In this document: positions 10,489-20,839 of the stretch, piece after piece
How positions within the stretch are numbered: the first letter of the stretch is position 1
Layout of the letters: each line of letters begins with the position of its first letter
Assembly (NCBI RefSeq): GCF_003367075.2
Contig: NZ_CP065936.1
Location: 1,740,001 to 1,772,000 of the forward strand
Direction: 5' to 3'
Length of the DNA stretch: 32,000 nt
Origin: Cylindrospermopsis raciborskii Cr2010
GTDB taxonomy: Bacteria; Cyanobacteriota; Cyanobacteriia; Cyanobacteriales; Nostocaceae
Made by a program: the position numbers and the translations under genes
The notes under the pieces: generated by a model
Told to the model about the DNA's origin: nothing
Seen by the model: the letters and a program-made list of their open reading frames with translations, nothing else
Database searches by the model: none

Positions 10489-10575
10489 TTAATCTGTGGT
10501 TGGGTTGAGGAACGAAACCCAACACCCCCATGGGTAACTCATTTCTATTTGAGATTGTTTTGGAAATTTTAACAT
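10489..10575 (-). pseudogene. Remnant of the 5' end of a 7003-8610-like GT39 gene
   Basis: The minus strand encodes MLKFPKQSQIEM then unrelated SYPWGCWVSFLNPTTD*. The intact gene at 8610 starts MLKFPRQSQIEM, and the upstream DNA is ~91% identical (8576-8667 vs 10541-10633). Confidence 0.75.
10498..10528 (+). repeat. Palindromic intergenic repeat GGTTGGGTTGAGGAACGAAACCCAACACCCC
   Basis: 28/31 identical to 14743-14773, with internal inverted repeat GTTGGGTT/AACCCAAC. Confidence 0.75.
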
Positions 10576-10633
10576 GTGATTTTAAGTAGATCATTCCATT
10601 GGATGAATTTGATAGTTGAAATTAGAAATTTCC
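10541..10633. repeat. Duplicated junction segment, copy 2
   Basis: About 91% identical to 8576-8667. Spans the stop of 10622-13162 and the truncated MLKFPKQSQIEM start. Confidence 0.9.
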
Positions 10634-13162
10634 AACAATTGGTAGAAACTTCATGACATTTGTAATTGTTTTTAAAGTTTTTAACTCTGGTATATCTGGT
10701 TGGAGTTTTTCCGCTGTAACTAGATTTTTTTCTGCTTGTCTTGGTTGAAAGTTATAGAGATGCACAAATCCCAAATAAATCCAAGCATAGGGATTTTGGG
10801 AATCGTATTGAGTTATCTGAGTTAAGTTCTGTATTAACTCTGGTACTTGACGCTGCAAAAGTTGTGATAGGGCTAGGGTATACCGCCAATTTAGATTATT
10901 GGGTTCAGCTTGTAAATAATAATTGGCAGCAGTTTTGATCTGCTTGAGGTAATCTTGGGTTGGATCATACTGGTTGAAGTTGTCTATTTGGATAAATAGG
11001 TTCTCTAACTTACCCTGCTGAAATTCCATTGCCAATTGGGACATGCGAGAAACTAAATCCAAAGGTGGGGTTCTGTTTATTTTTTTGGGAGACGTGATAT
11101 CCTTTTGAATGTTCACAGTATAATTGATGTTATTTAGGGGTGTAATTTTTCCACTTTTTCTATCTACATAAAGTGCTGAAAGTTGATATTTTCCGGTTGG
11201 TAATGTTTGAGGAACAAAGGTAGATAGATTCTCTGTGACGCGGAAATTTCCCCCAGGATCACATTTTATACCACAATATAAATTTCCTAGGGCAATTCCG
11301 TGGTCATGATACCATGCTGATTTTCCATTTTGCCATTTTAGCAGTAACACGCCATTTTGTAACTTATCCCATGAACCGGTTATTTTATAGGTTATGGGGT
11401 TATTTTGATTGACAGTAAACTCATCGTTGAAAATGACTGTTTCTAGGTTAACTGGGTTCTGATCAGCTTGATCATAGCCCAGTTTCTCAACGACTATGTG
11501 GGGATTTACGCGATGATACAGTCGTAGTTTATTTCCTTGGGGTAATAGCCAATCGCTCTGCAATTTTAAGTCGGGAGAAGACTCTACCAAAAATTTGAGT
11601 TGACGTTTAGTTTCTCCCCTTTCTCCTGGTTCATCTGGTTCATTTTCCTTAGTTACATACCAGGACAAATACTGTAAATCCTGATCCATTTGAGATAATT
11701 TCATCGTTAGTTTTCTTCCATATACCCGAAAGTCAGCCAAGGTCCCAAAATAATCCAGGGTAAATTCATTAACTTCTGCTGTTGAAACTGGTATTACTCC
11801 CAAGGTGTTTCTTAAATATGGTGTGGTTTGGTTGATTGTTGTAATTAGCTCGCCCAGGGGATACTTTTTACTCTCGTCGCTGGGCAAATGTCTTCCACCC
11901 CAACTCTGAATCAGGGGGAGGGGAAATAAATTATTGATTAAAACAAGACTCCCTAATCCTATAGTTAATAATCTCAATCTATCAAACCATATATTTTGAA
12001 CTAAATTAAAGAAATAAGCAAGAATTACACTAATTACTGGAAGGCAAGGAAGAATAAATCTAATGTCTTTATTTGTACCCAGAGAAGAAATTATATAGCT
12101 GCTAATTAGAAAAATAAGTAACCAATTTACGGATGCTTGATTAAAGGTTAAATGAGATAGGTTAGATAGGTTATTTATAGGATTTTTACTAATATGGTTA
12201 AGGTCATGTTCACCAATCTGTTTGGTGATCTGTTTAATAATAAACACCAAGAAAACACCAATGCTAATAAATAATATGGGATATCCCACGCTTTCAGGAA
12301 TAGTTTGGGGATAATACATCCATCCAGCAATGGTGTTAAAAGTGGGATCTCCTTCGTTTTTACCCACATTGTTGGCATTTAATGCGGAAGTGATAATGGT
12401 TAACCAATTTAATCTGTACCAAAATCCACAAATCAACCAAGCAACTAGCAAAGACAACCCTGCTTGAATCAATTTGGTGATTTTTTCAGGGACTTTTAAT
12501 TTAGGAGCTTTTCTATTCCAAAGAAAACCAGTTAATGTCCAAACACCCGGAACAAAAAGGAAGATAAATCCTGTTGGTTTTGATAACATGATCAATCCTA
12601 TTCCTATCCCCAAAATCACCGTTAGGATCCATGATAAAAATCCAGTATGACGATCTTTCCACAATGTTAAAATCGTAAATGTCAAGATCACAACTGCTGT
12701 TAAACCATAATCTAGTAAATAATCTGTCCGCATGATTCCCAAAATGGGAAATAACAAGCAAAATATACTAGCTGTAATCCCAACTTTCCCATGAGGAAAT
12801 AAATAATTCCCCAAATAATATACGGAAAATATAATTATACCTGTATAGAATAAATTTACTAAAGTAGCTTGGTCATATCCCCTACCAAACAGTAAAAAAA
12901 ATGGTACTGTACAAATATATATAAATGGAGCTCGGTAACTGGGCGTTAACTCCCACAAGGATAACCACCAATTACCTGAGAAAATATTTACATCCTGAAA
13001 GACCCGATAATGATGTAGTGCTGCTGTTAGATGGGCACTTTGATCCCAAGCAGGAATAGACTCGTCTAGTAACAACCATGTTCTGTCTATAATTAATCCT
13101 ATGAACCAAATTGAGAAAAGGATGATATAGTCCTTGTTAGCTTTCAGATACACCCGTTTCAT
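10622..13162 (-). CDS. GT39-like integral membrane glycosyltransferase with C-terminal periplasmic/TPR-like region
   Basis: 846 aa. [25 protein letters not shown]...[18 protein letters not shown] early loop, multi-TM N-terminal half, and C-terminal helical repeats ([23 protein letters not shown]...[33 protein letters not shown]) typical of TPR. Confidence 0.82.
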   Translation of the reverse strand: MKRVYLKANKDYIILFSIWFIGLIIDRTWLLLDESIPAWDQSAHLTAALHHYRVFQDVNIFSGNWWLSLWELTPSYRAPFIYICTVPFFLLFGRGYDQATLVNLFYTGIIIFSVYYLGNYLFPHGKVGITASIFCLLFPILGIMRTDYLLDYGLTAVVILTFTILTLWKDRHTGFLSWILTVILGIGIGLIMLSKPTGFIFLFVPGVWTLTGFLWNRKAPKLKVPEKITKLIQAGLSLLVAWLICGFWYRLNWLTIITSALNANNVGKNEGDPTFNTIAGWMYYPQTIPESVGYPILFISIGVFLVFIIKQITKQIGEHDLNHISKNPINNLSNLSHLTFNQASVNWLLIFLISSYIISSLGTNKDIRFILPCLPVISVILAYFFNLVQNIWFDRLRLLTIGLGSLVLINNLFPLPLIQSWGGRHLPSDESKKYPLGELITTINQTTPYLRNTLGVIPVSTAEVNEFTLDYFGTLADFRVYGRKLTMKLSQMDQDLQYLSWYVTKENEPDEPGERGETKRQLKFLVESSPDLKLQSDWLLPQGNKLRLYHRVNPHIVVEKLGYDQADQNPVNLETVIFNDEFTVNQNNPITYKITGSWDKLQNGVLLLKWQNGKSAWYHDHGIALGNLYCGIKCDPGGNFRVTENLSTFVPQTLPTGKYQLSALYVDRKSGKITPLNNINYTVNIQKDITSPKKINRTPPLDLVSRMSQLAMEFQQGKLENLFIQIDNFNQYDPTQDYLKQIKTAANYYLQAEPNNLNWRYTLALSQLLQRQVPELIQNLTQITQYDSQNPYAWIYLGFVHLYNFQPRQAEKNLVTAEKLQPDIPELKTLKTITNVMKFLPIVGNF

Positions 13163-13187
13163 TACTTACTTCCCAGTCAATAAATCA
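13154..13187. repeat. Duplicated upstream segment, native copy at the start codon of the 10622-13162 gene
   Basis: CCGTTTCATTACTTACTTCCCAGTCAATAAATCA is 33/34 identical to 8666-8699. Confidence 0.88.
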
Positions 13188-13203
13188 GCAACAATATTTT
13201 AGC

Positions 13204-14166
13204 GTGAATCATCCCATCCACTCCCCCATCTACTCCTTAGTTGTCCCCATTTACAATGAAGAGGAAAACATTGAAGAAATGTACCGCCGTCTGAGCAATG
13301 TAATGGCCCAGTTGCAAGGCGAAGTTGAACTGATTTTAATAGATGATGGTAGTCGAGACCAGTCTTTGACCATGATTCGAAAACTACATCATCATGATAG
13401 TCGAGTTCGCTACTTGAGTCTAGCTAGAAATTTTGGTCATCAGATCGCGGTTACCGCAGGATTGAACTTTGTTCAGGGTCAAGCCATTATTGTTATGGAT
13501 GCTGATCTGCAAGACCCACCTGAATTAATCCTTTCTATGATTGATAAATGGCATGAAGGATATCAGGTGGTTTATGCTCAACGCATATCCCGTCATAAAG
13601 AAACTTGGTTCAAACGTCTCACAGCATACCTATTTTATCGCCTTTTACAACGTCTAGCTAAAGTAACCATTCCTGTAGATACGGGAGACTTTTGCCTAAT
13701 GGATAAACAAGTCGTAGATATTCTCAATGGGATGCCAGAACGTAACCGCTATATTCGTGGTTTACGTGCTTGGGTAGGATTTAAACAAACATCTGTAATG
13801 TTTGAAAGAAGTCCCCGCTATGCAGGAAAAGTTAAATATACCTTTAGTAAGTCCCTCTCTCTAGCAATTGATGGTATTATTTCATTTTCTACTGTTCCAT
13901 TAAGACTCGCAACTTATCTGGGCATTATTTCAGCTACTGTGGCTTTAATCATGATATTCCTGGTTCTATACTGGCGAATCTTTGCTCCTGTTTCCCAATT
14001 AATCGGGTACAGTCTGATTACAATTGCTATATTTTTCCTGGGATCAGTACAGCTGATTTGTATCGGGATTTTGGGAGAATATATTGGTAGGATTTATGAG
14101 GAAGTTAAAGCTCGTCCTTTGTATACCTTAAAAGAAACTGGTGGTTTTGACCCGCTAAATATCTAA
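13204..14166 (+). CDS. GT2 family glycosyltransferase, DPM1/GtrB/ArnC-like polyprenyl-phosphate glycosyltransferase
   Basis: [56 protein letters not shown], plus two C-terminal TM helices. GTG start. Confidence 0.93.
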   Translation: MNHPIHSPIYSLVVPIYNEEENIEEMYRRLSNVMAQLQGEVELILIDDGSRDQSLTMIRKLHHHDSRVRYLSLARNFGHQIAVTAGLNFVQGQAIIVMDADLQDPPELILSMIDKWHEGYQVVYAQRISRHKETWFKRLTAYLFYRLLQRLAKVTIPVDTGDFCLMDKQVVDILNGMPERNRYIRGLRAWVGFKQTSVMFERSPRYAGKVKYTFSKSLSLAIDGIISFSTVPLRLATYLGIISATVALIMIFLVLYWRIFAPVSQLIGYSLITIAIFFLGSVQLICIGILGEYIGRIYEEVKARPLYTLKETGGFDPLNI

Positions 14167-14195
14167 TTCAGTTTATATTAACCCATAAACAATAT

Positions 14196-14579
14196 TTGAG
14201 GATAATTCCTGTGTCACCTCAAGAATTTACTTTACTCCTGTTCTCTGTTCTCATTAGTGTTACCGGACAATTTCTCCTGAAAACAGGAGCCCTGAAACTA
14301 GGTAAGGTTCACGCGGGGAACTTTATTACTCATATTCTCAACATGATTACTGTCCCCGAACTATTGTTGGGACTCGCATGTTATGGTGTGGGAGCAATAG
14401 CATATATTTTACTGCTTACCCGCGTTAATCTCAGTATCGCTGGTCCCGCTGTCTCCGTGGGTTATATTTTTTCAGTAATGATAGGTCTTCTGGTGTTTAA
14501 AGAATCTATGCCTCTTACCCGTATATTAGGATTGGGTTTTATTGTCACAGGAGTAATATTATTGGTTAGACCTAATTGA
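14196..14579 (+). CDS. Small 4-TM EamA/SMR-family transporter, possible polyprenyl-phosphate-sugar flippase (ArnE/ArnF-like)
   Basis: 127 aa. LISVTGQFLLKTGALKLG, GLACYGVGAIAYILLLTRVNLSIAGPAVSVGYIFSVMIGLLVFKE, and LGLGFIVTGVILL. Confidence 0.75.
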   Translation: MRIIPVSPQEFTLLLFSVLISVTGQFLLKTGALKLGKVHAGNFITHILNMITVPELLLGLACYGVGAIAYILLLTRVNLSIAGPAVSVGYIFSVMIGLLVFKESMPLTRILGLGFIVTGVILLVRPN

Positions 14580-14735
14580 TCTTCTTATTAGTAATTTTGC
14601 GGATGGATAGATCAATCTTGTGAAGAATAAGATGTAATCATAAAGAAGGTAATGAAGGGTACAACTTCATCACCAGTTGTTATTGCAAAATATCATTATC
14701 AACATTAAGTAGGTGGGTGAAATTAAATATAAGAT

Positions 14736-14756
14736 GAACGTAGGTTGGGTTGAAGT
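14736..14756 (+). repeat. GAACGTAGGTTGGGTTGAAGT repeat arm, inverted partner of 15780-15800
   Basis: 20/21 identity with the reverse complement of 15780-15800. The pair brackets the deacetylase gene. Confidence 0.75.
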
Positions 14757-14773
14757 ATGAAACCCAACACCCC
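14743..14773 (+). repeat. Palindromic intergenic repeat GGTTGGGTTGAAGTATGAAACCCAACACCCC
   Basis: 28/31 identical to 10498-10528, with internal inverted repeat GTTGGGTT/AACCCAAC. Confidence 0.75.
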
Positions 14774-14848
14774 TATCGCCAACCCATCCTACAAATAATT
14801 GCGCCTCCCTACTTATCAATTTTATTTTAAACACTAAGGAGCTATGGA

Positions 14849-15754
14849 GTGGAAAATAAAAGGATATCTTTTTGTCCACAGGGAGTATTAGTTATATTAC
14901 TGTGCTTAATTGGTGCTTTGGGAAGTGGGTTAGTGTTGTTTTTAAAAACAACTGCTTCTCCACCTCAAAATGATAATAATACTCCTCCCAGAATTTCTTC
15001 TAAGTTTACTAATGGAAAATCTCTGGATAGGTTTAAGACTACCATGCTCACTACTTGGCACAAAGAAGCACAATCTAAGGGGATAATTCCTGACGTACCT
15101 TCCCAGTTCCAAGGAAAAGTTATTAAGTCAGCTATCTTACCTTCTAATACAAAGGTTATAGCGCTTACCTTTGACGATGGTCCCTGGCCCAAAAGTACGG
15201 CCCAGGTTCTGGATATTCTCAACAAAAATGATATTAAGGGCACTTTCTTCGTAGTTGGAAAAAATGTCCAGCGCTATCCCGATTTAACTAGACGTATAGT
15301 TAATGAGGGTCATTCTATAGCTAATCACACTTGGCATCATTGGTATCACGCCATGAATCCTCAAGTTGCTGCATACGAAGTTGCAAGCACTACAGATATT
15401 ATATTCAAAACTACAGGAGTGAAAACAGGACTGTTTCGTCCCCCCGGTGGTGCTATGACTAATGGAGTCGCATCCTATGCTAAAAATAATCAATATGCTG
15501 TTATTATGTGGTCTTCCGATTCCATAGACTACTCTCGTCCTAATCCTAAGAAAATTATTAGTAATGTTTTTAAAACAGCACAATCTGGAGGAATTGTGTT
15601 AATGCATGATGGAGGAGGAGATCGCTCTCATACTGTTAAAGCTTTACCACAAATTATTAATAAGTTTCGCAAGCAGGGCTACAGTTTTGTCACTGTTCCA
15701 CAATTGCTAGAAATGCAGGAGAAACCAAAACAGGTAGTTGCTAAGAAGAAATGA
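14849..15754 (+). CDS. Polysaccharide deacetylase family protein (CE4/NodB domain)
   Basis: VIALTFDDGPWPKSTAQVLDILNKNDIKGTFFVVG, GHSIANHTWHHW, TGLFRPPGG, IVLMHDGGGDRSHTVKALPQII; N-terminal TM anchor; GTG start. Confidence 0.95.
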   Translation: MENKRISFCPQGVLVILLCLIGALGSGLVLFLKTTASPPQNDNNTPPRISSKFTNGKSLDRFKTTMLTTWHKEAQSKGIIPDVPSQFQGKVIKSAILPSNTKVIALTFDDGPWPKSTAQVLDILNKNDIKGTFFVVGKNVQRYPDLTRRIVNEGHSIANHTWHHWYHAMNPQVAAYEVASTTDIIFKTTGVKTGLFRPPGGAMTNGVASYAKNNQYAVIMWSSDSIDYSRPNPKKIISNVFKTAQSGGIVLMHDGGGDRSHTVKALPQIINKFRKQGYSFVTVPQLLEMQEKPKQVVAKKK

Positions 15755-15779
15755 ACAGGGGAATCTAACTTCCCCCATG

Positions 15780-15800
15780 ACTTGAACCCAACCTACGTTC
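15780..15800 (-). repeat. Inverted copy of the GAACGTAGGTTGGGTT repeat arm, overlapping the stop codon of the glutamate synthase gene
   Basis: ACTTGAACCCAACCTACGTTC. Its reverse complement matches 14736-14756 at 20/21. Confidence 0.75.
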
Positions 15801-18800
15801 TCATTTCTTTTGCATTAGCTTCTAAACTATCTGCTTCCGATGGCGGTACTACTTGCCAGAATTTAGGTAGGTATTCTTCCCATTTATTGAGAATTAATTG
15901 CGCTTTTTGAGATCCCGTGCGATCGCAGTGGGCTCTAATTAGGTCATACAACTGTTTTTTGCCTGCTTCGGTTACTACGGGCTGAAGTTTAACTATTGTC
16001 TTATTCACTAAGTCGGGGAAGCTACCATCTTCGTCTAAGAAGTAGGCCAGTCCTCCAGTCATTCCCGCACCAACGTTACGCCCTACTTTGCCCAAAACTA
16101 CCACTACCCCACCTGTCATATACTCACAACAGTGGTCTCCAGCTCCTTCAATTACTGCTGTACCTTTGGAATTACGCACTGCAAACCTTTCACCAGCTAA
16201 ACCACTAGCAAATAAAGCTCCTCCAGTCGCACCATAAAGACAGGTGTTACCAACAATCACGTTTTTACCTGCATCATAGTTAGCTCCCGCTGGGGGTTTA
16301 ATAATAATTTCCCCACCGTGCATCCCTTTACCTACATAATCATTAGCTTCCCCCTCTAGGGTTAGGGTTATCCCAGGCAAAATAAACGCTCCAAAACTCT
16401 GTCCTACACTACCTTGGAAATTTAAGTTTATCTGCCCTTCAAAACCAGAATCACCGTATTTAGATGCGATCGCACCTGCTAATCTTGATCCTACGGTTCT
16501 ATCGGTGTTTACAACTTTGTAGGTTTTGGTGACTGTAGCTTGATTGGTGATGGTTGTTTGAATATCCTCATCAGCCAAAATTCTGTTGTCTAGAACTTCT
16601 CCATTACTGTGAACTTCTTCATGGGTTAACCAAGTACGATTTGATCTAGTATCTGGTAACTTAGTTAAACAGTCTAAATTGACAGATTGGGTTTTGGTTA
16701 ACTGGACATGGGAACGTTTAGTTAATAGGTCTGCTCTACCAGTCAATTCGTTTAGGGAACGATATCCCAGGTTGGCCAGTAAACTCCGAACCTCTTCTGC
16801 TATAAAATAGAAGAAGTTTACCACATGTTCGGGAATACCCGTAAACCTTTGACGTAGTTCTTCTTTTTGGGTAGCTACACCTTTGGGACATGTGTTTAAA
16901 TGACACACCCGCGCCATAATACAACCCTCGGCAATCATTGCTATAGACCCAAAACCAAATTCTTCTGCACCCATTAAAGCAGCAACTACAACATCCCAAC
17001 CACTTTTGATGCCACCATCAACCCTTAAAACTACGCGATCGCGCAGCCCGTTATCCATCAGTACCCGATGCACTTCGGTTAATCCGAGTTCCCATGGGCT
17101 ACCCGCATGTTTAATAGAACTCAAGGGAGAAGCTCCAGTACCTCCATCATGACCAGAAATTTGGATAACATCAGCATTAGCTTTGGCCACACCTGCTGCA
17201 ATTGTCCCAATACCAATTTCTGCCACCAATTTTACCGAAACCTTTGCTTTGGGATTAATTTGATGCAGGTCAAAAATCAACTGTGCTAAATCCTCAATCG
17301 AATAAATATCATGATGGGGGGGTGGAGAAATCAAAGTTACACCCGGTTTAGAACGTCGCAACATAGCAATGTAAGGACTCACTTTCGGTCCGGGTAGCTG
17401 TCCACCTTCACCGGGTTTTGCACCCTGGGCAATTTTGATTTCTAACTGTTTAGCACTGGCTAAATATCCCGGTGTTACGCCAAAACGACCGGAAGCTATC
17501 TGTTTAATGGCACTGGAAGCCGTATCACCATTTTTCAAGCCATTTAAATGAGGTAAAGTCAGTGAATGCCCATTTTCATCCACATCCTTTAACACCCCAT
17601 AACGCACTGGATCTTCCCCACCTTCCCCAGAATTGGACTTACCACCAATACGATTCATGGCAATGGCTAGATTTTCATGGGCTTCCCGTGATAATGCTCC
17701 TAAAGACATCCCACCAGTACAGAAACGTTTAGCAATATCACTGACACTTTCCACCTCTTCTAAATCTATCTTCGAGCGATCGCTATTAAAGTCCAATAAA
17801 TCTCTCAAAGCGGTAGTTGGTCTGGTTTGCAAGTGGTGTTTATAAACCTGATAATGGTCATACTGCTTACCATCTACAGCTTTATGTAAAGCTTTCACCA
17901 ATTCTGGATTATTACTATGATATTCTCCACCGGGGCGAAACTGAACAAATCCCAGGTTCTCCAACTTCTTCGTTGATAATTCGGGGAAGGCCTTACTGTG
18001 GAAAGAAAGCACCTCCTGAGCTAATTCCCCACAACTGATACCACCAATACGCGATGTAGTGCCTTTAAAACCTAACTTAATTAGATCCTCACCAATACCA
18101 ATGGCTTCAAAAATTTGTGCTGCTTGATAACTAGAAAGCAGGGAAATTCCCATTTTAGAAAGGATCTTCAACAAACCGGACTCCACCGCTTGACGATAAT
18201 TGGCAACTGCTTGCTCCAGGGAAATATCATTTAACTTACCCCGCTCTCGCAACTGCTGGGTTCTAGGATCAAGCCACCAATCACGCACCGTGTCCAAGGC
18301 CATATATGGACAAACCGCACCCGCACCGTAGCCCAACAAACAGGCAAAATGATGGGTACTCCAACACTGGGCGGTGTGCACCACCAAGGAGGTTTTCATT
18401 CTGATTCCCTGGCTAATTAAGTAGTGATGTACCGCACCCACAGCTAATAATGGTGGAATATAACTTAAATTAGCATTAATTCCTTTTTGACCATCCAGAG
18501 CAATTTTATCACTCAGGATTAGGATTTTTGCTCCTGCTCGCACAGACTCTGCTGCTTGTTTTTGCAAAGACTCCACAGCTACCTTTAATCCTTCCGGACC
18601 TCCATCAATAGCAAATAGGGTAGATATTTCAGCTGTACCAAATCCACACAATTTAATTGCTTCCAAATCCCCATCGGTCAAAACGGGTGAGTCTAATCTT
18701 AATCTTTGATCTCCTCCCGATTGAGGATCTAATAAATTTCCCCTTTCCCCTAGTTCCACTGTTAAGGACATCACCAATTTTTCCCGTAGGGGGTCAATGG

Positions 18801-20433
18801 GGGGGTTAGTTACCTGGGCAAAACGCTGCTTAAAATAATCGTAGAGCAGATGGGGTTTGGCCGATAAAACTGCTAGGGGAATATCGTCACCCATACTAAA
18901 AGTTGGTTCCGCTCCCGTATTACCCATGACGTGAATAATCATTTCCACATCTTCACTTGTGTAGCCAAACGCAATCTGGTTTTGCAACAGAGTTTCCCTA
19001 TCTGGTACTTCCCAACTGAGACTCCCATTTGCACTGGATGGTAATAAATCCTTTAAGTCTTGACGGTGTTTTTGTAACCATTTCTTATATGGATGTAACT
19101 TAGCAATCCGCTGTTTAATTTCCCAGTTCTTTAACACCTCATTGCTAATCAAGTCCACCGCAATCATTTGTCCTGGACCGAGTCTACCCTTCTCCACAAT
19201 ACTTGCTTCAGGAAAATCCACCACACCCGCTTCTGAAGCGACCACAATATAATCATCATTGGTAATTACATAACGCGCTGGTCTCAGTCCATTCCTATCT
19301 AAGGTCGCCCCTACACTTTTACCATCACTAAATACTATGAGAGCAGGTCCATCCCAAGCTTCTTGCAGTCCACTGTAATATTCGTAGAAATCCACAATTT
19401 CTGGGTGATCTTTTAAGGAAGGTTGATGTTTATATGCTTCTGGCACCATTATCATCAACGCCTCTAAAGGACTACGCCCAGAGCGTACTAATAACTCTAG
19501 GACGTTATCTAAGTTTGCCGAATCACTACTATCTGAATTAACTAAAGGTTTATATTCTTCATCCCTACCTTGCCAAAGGGGATGTACTAGAATAGATTCC
19601 CTCGCCCTCATCCAGTTAATATTGCCCAGTAGGGTGTTAATTTCCCCATTGTGACCCAGCAACCGCATTGGTTGAGCTAAAGGCCATTTAGGCATAGTAT
19701 TGGTACTAAAACGACGATGATATACGGCAAAAGCAGATTTAAAGGCTGGATTCTTTAAGTCTTGATAAAAACTGCCCAAAACGGCTGAGCGTACCATACC
19801 CTTATAAACTATGGTGCGACTGGAGAGGGAGCAAACATAAAAGTCATCTTCTAATTCTCTTAGCTGTTTTGCAGCTTTCACTATCCGACGACGCACTATA
19901 TACATTTCTCTTTCTAATTCATCCCCGCTTTTATCTGCGGAACGGACAAATACCTGCTCTATATGGGGTTGATTTTCCCGCGATTGTTTTCCTAGAACCT
20001 CTGGAGATACGGGTACTGCTCGCCAACCCAAAACCTCTAACTTTTCTTCAGTGATCACCTGTTCAAATAGTTGTCTGGCTTTTCTGGCGGATTCTTGCTC
20101 TTTGGGTAAGAATATCATTCCTACAGCTATATTACCTGTGTTATCAGTCCATCCTTCTTCTGCTAACAATTGCCAGGGAATAGCTGTTAAAATCCCCGCT
20201 CCATCTCCTGAGTCTTTATCCGCACTACACCCTCCCCGATGCTCTAAACAGGTTAGTGCGTCTAACGCCTTGGTTAAAATTTCATGATTGGCATAGTTTT
20301 TCCTATGGGCAATAAATCCCACTCCACAAGCATCTCGCTCTTCTACCAACCACCTTTGTCCCTGATAAATTTCCCTATTTTCTTCATCCAACATTGTGAT
20401 ATTTTGAGCTTGATTTGATGATTGATCATTCAT
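15793..20433 (-). CDS. gltB: Glutamate synthase large subunit, probably ferredoxin-dependent (GltB/GlsF)
   Basis: 1546 aa. [34 protein letters not shown] glutaminase domain, [43 protein letters not shown] Fe-S region and C-terminal GXGXG domain. Confidence 0.97.
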   Translation of the reverse strand: MNDQSSNQAQNITMLDEENREIYQGQRWLVEERDACGVGFIAHRKNYANHEILTKALDALTCLEHRGGCSADKDSGDGAGILTAIPWQLLAEEGWTDNTGNIAVGMIFLPKEQESARKARQLFEQVITEEKLEVLGWRAVPVSPEVLGKQSRENQPHIEQVFVRSADKSGDELEREMYIVRRRIVKAAKQLRELEDDFYVCSLSSRTIVYKGMVRSAVLGSFYQDLKNPAFKSAFAVYHRRFSTNTMPKWPLAQPMRLLGHNGEINTLLGNINWMRARESILVHPLWQGRDEEYKPLVNSDSSDSANLDNVLELLVRSGRSPLEALMIMVPEAYKHQPSLKDHPEIVDFYEYYSGLQEAWDGPALIVFSDGKSVGATLDRNGLRPARYVITNDDYIVVASEAGVVDFPEASIVEKGRLGPGQMIAVDLISNEVLKNWEIKQRIAKLHPYKKWLQKHRQDLKDLLPSSANGSLSWEVPDRETLLQNQIAFGYTSEDVEMIIHVMGNTGAEPTFSMGDDIPLAVLSAKPHLLYDYFKQRFAQVTNPPIDPLREKLVMSLTVELGERGNLLDPQSGGDQRLRLDSPVLTDGDLEAIKLCGFGTAEISTLFAIDGGPEGLKVAVESLQKQAAESVRAGAKILILSDKIALDGQKGINANLSYIPPLLAVGAVHHYLISQGIRMKTSLVVHTAQCWSTHHFACLLGYGAGAVCPYMALDTVRDWWLDPRTQQLRERGKLNDISLEQAVANYRQAVESGLLKILSKMGISLLSSYQAAQIFEAIGIGEDLIKLGFKGTTSRIGGISCGELAQEVLSFHSKAFPELSTKKLENLGFVQFRPGGEYHSNNPELVKALHKAVDGKQYDHYQVYKHHLQTRPTTALRDLLDFNSDRSKIDLEEVESVSDIAKRFCTGGMSLGALSREAHENLAIAMNRIGGKSNSGEGGEDPVRYGVLKDVDENGHSLTLPHLNGLKNGDTASSAIKQIASGRFGVTPGYLASAKQLEIKIAQGAKPGEGGQLPGPKVSPYIAMLRRSKPGVTLISPPPHHDIYSIEDLAQLIFDLHQINPKAKVSVKLVAEIGIGTIAAGVAKANADVIQISGHDGGTGASPLSSIKHAGSPWELGLTEVHRVLMDNGLRDRVVLRVDGGIKSGWDVVVAALMGAEEFGFGSIAMIAEGCIMARVCHLNTCPKGVATQKEELRQRFTGIPEHVVNFFYFIAEEVRSLLANLGYRSLNELTGRADLLTKRSHVQLTKTQSVNLDCLTKLPDTRSNRTWLTHEEVHSNGEVLDNRILADEDIQTTITNQATVTKTYKVVNTDRTVGSRLAGAIASKYGDSGFEGQINLNFQGSVGQSFGAFILPGITLTLEGEANDYVGKGMHGGEIIIKPPAGANYDAGKNVIVGNTCLYGATGGALFASGLAGERFAVRNSKGTAVIEGAGDHCCEYMTGGVVVVLGKVGRNVGAGMTGGLAYFLDEDGSFPDLVNKTIVKLQPVVTEAGKKQLYDLIRAHCDRTGSQKAQLILNKWEEYLPKFWQVVPPSEADSLEANAKEMRT

Positions 20434-20839
20434 ATTTTGGTTCTCGTTCTTTTACTGAGTGTTGTTACCGGAAGTAATGGTAAATTCGTTGACAAAACAT
20501 ATCAATTTTTATATTGATATAAATCTAGCCCTATTTTGGCAGTTTAGTGCTTATATCTACTCACCTATATTAGTTCATACCCGGTTTTTGTTGGTGGTTT
20601 GGGACAGCGAGTGTCTTTCCTGCTAAAGGATAAAACCTGAGCCGGAATATGGTTTTACCTGACATTAGGTTATGGTTTCTATAGGTTGATAGTGAATCCT
20701 TTTTCCGTGGTCAAAAAGTACAAGTATCTATAAGATATAATACCATCCTTGTGGCTAGAAAAGTAATTCTCAAAAATTATTCTCAACTATTTTTTCAATC
20801 TGCCTTCATTATTTTGCTATTCTTCATAATTTAGAGCTT

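Noticed and set aside
14849-15754. Calling the deacetylase ArnD
   Set aside because: The motifs are those of generic CE4/NodB peptidoglycan or chitin-type deacetylases, and there is no specific ArnD signature. Only the pathway analogy suggests it.
20714-20726. Exact TGGTCAAAAAGTA match between the gltB/20840 intergenic region and the coding sequence near 21470
   Set aside because: Short, AT-rich 13-mer with no extension on either side; compatible with chance.
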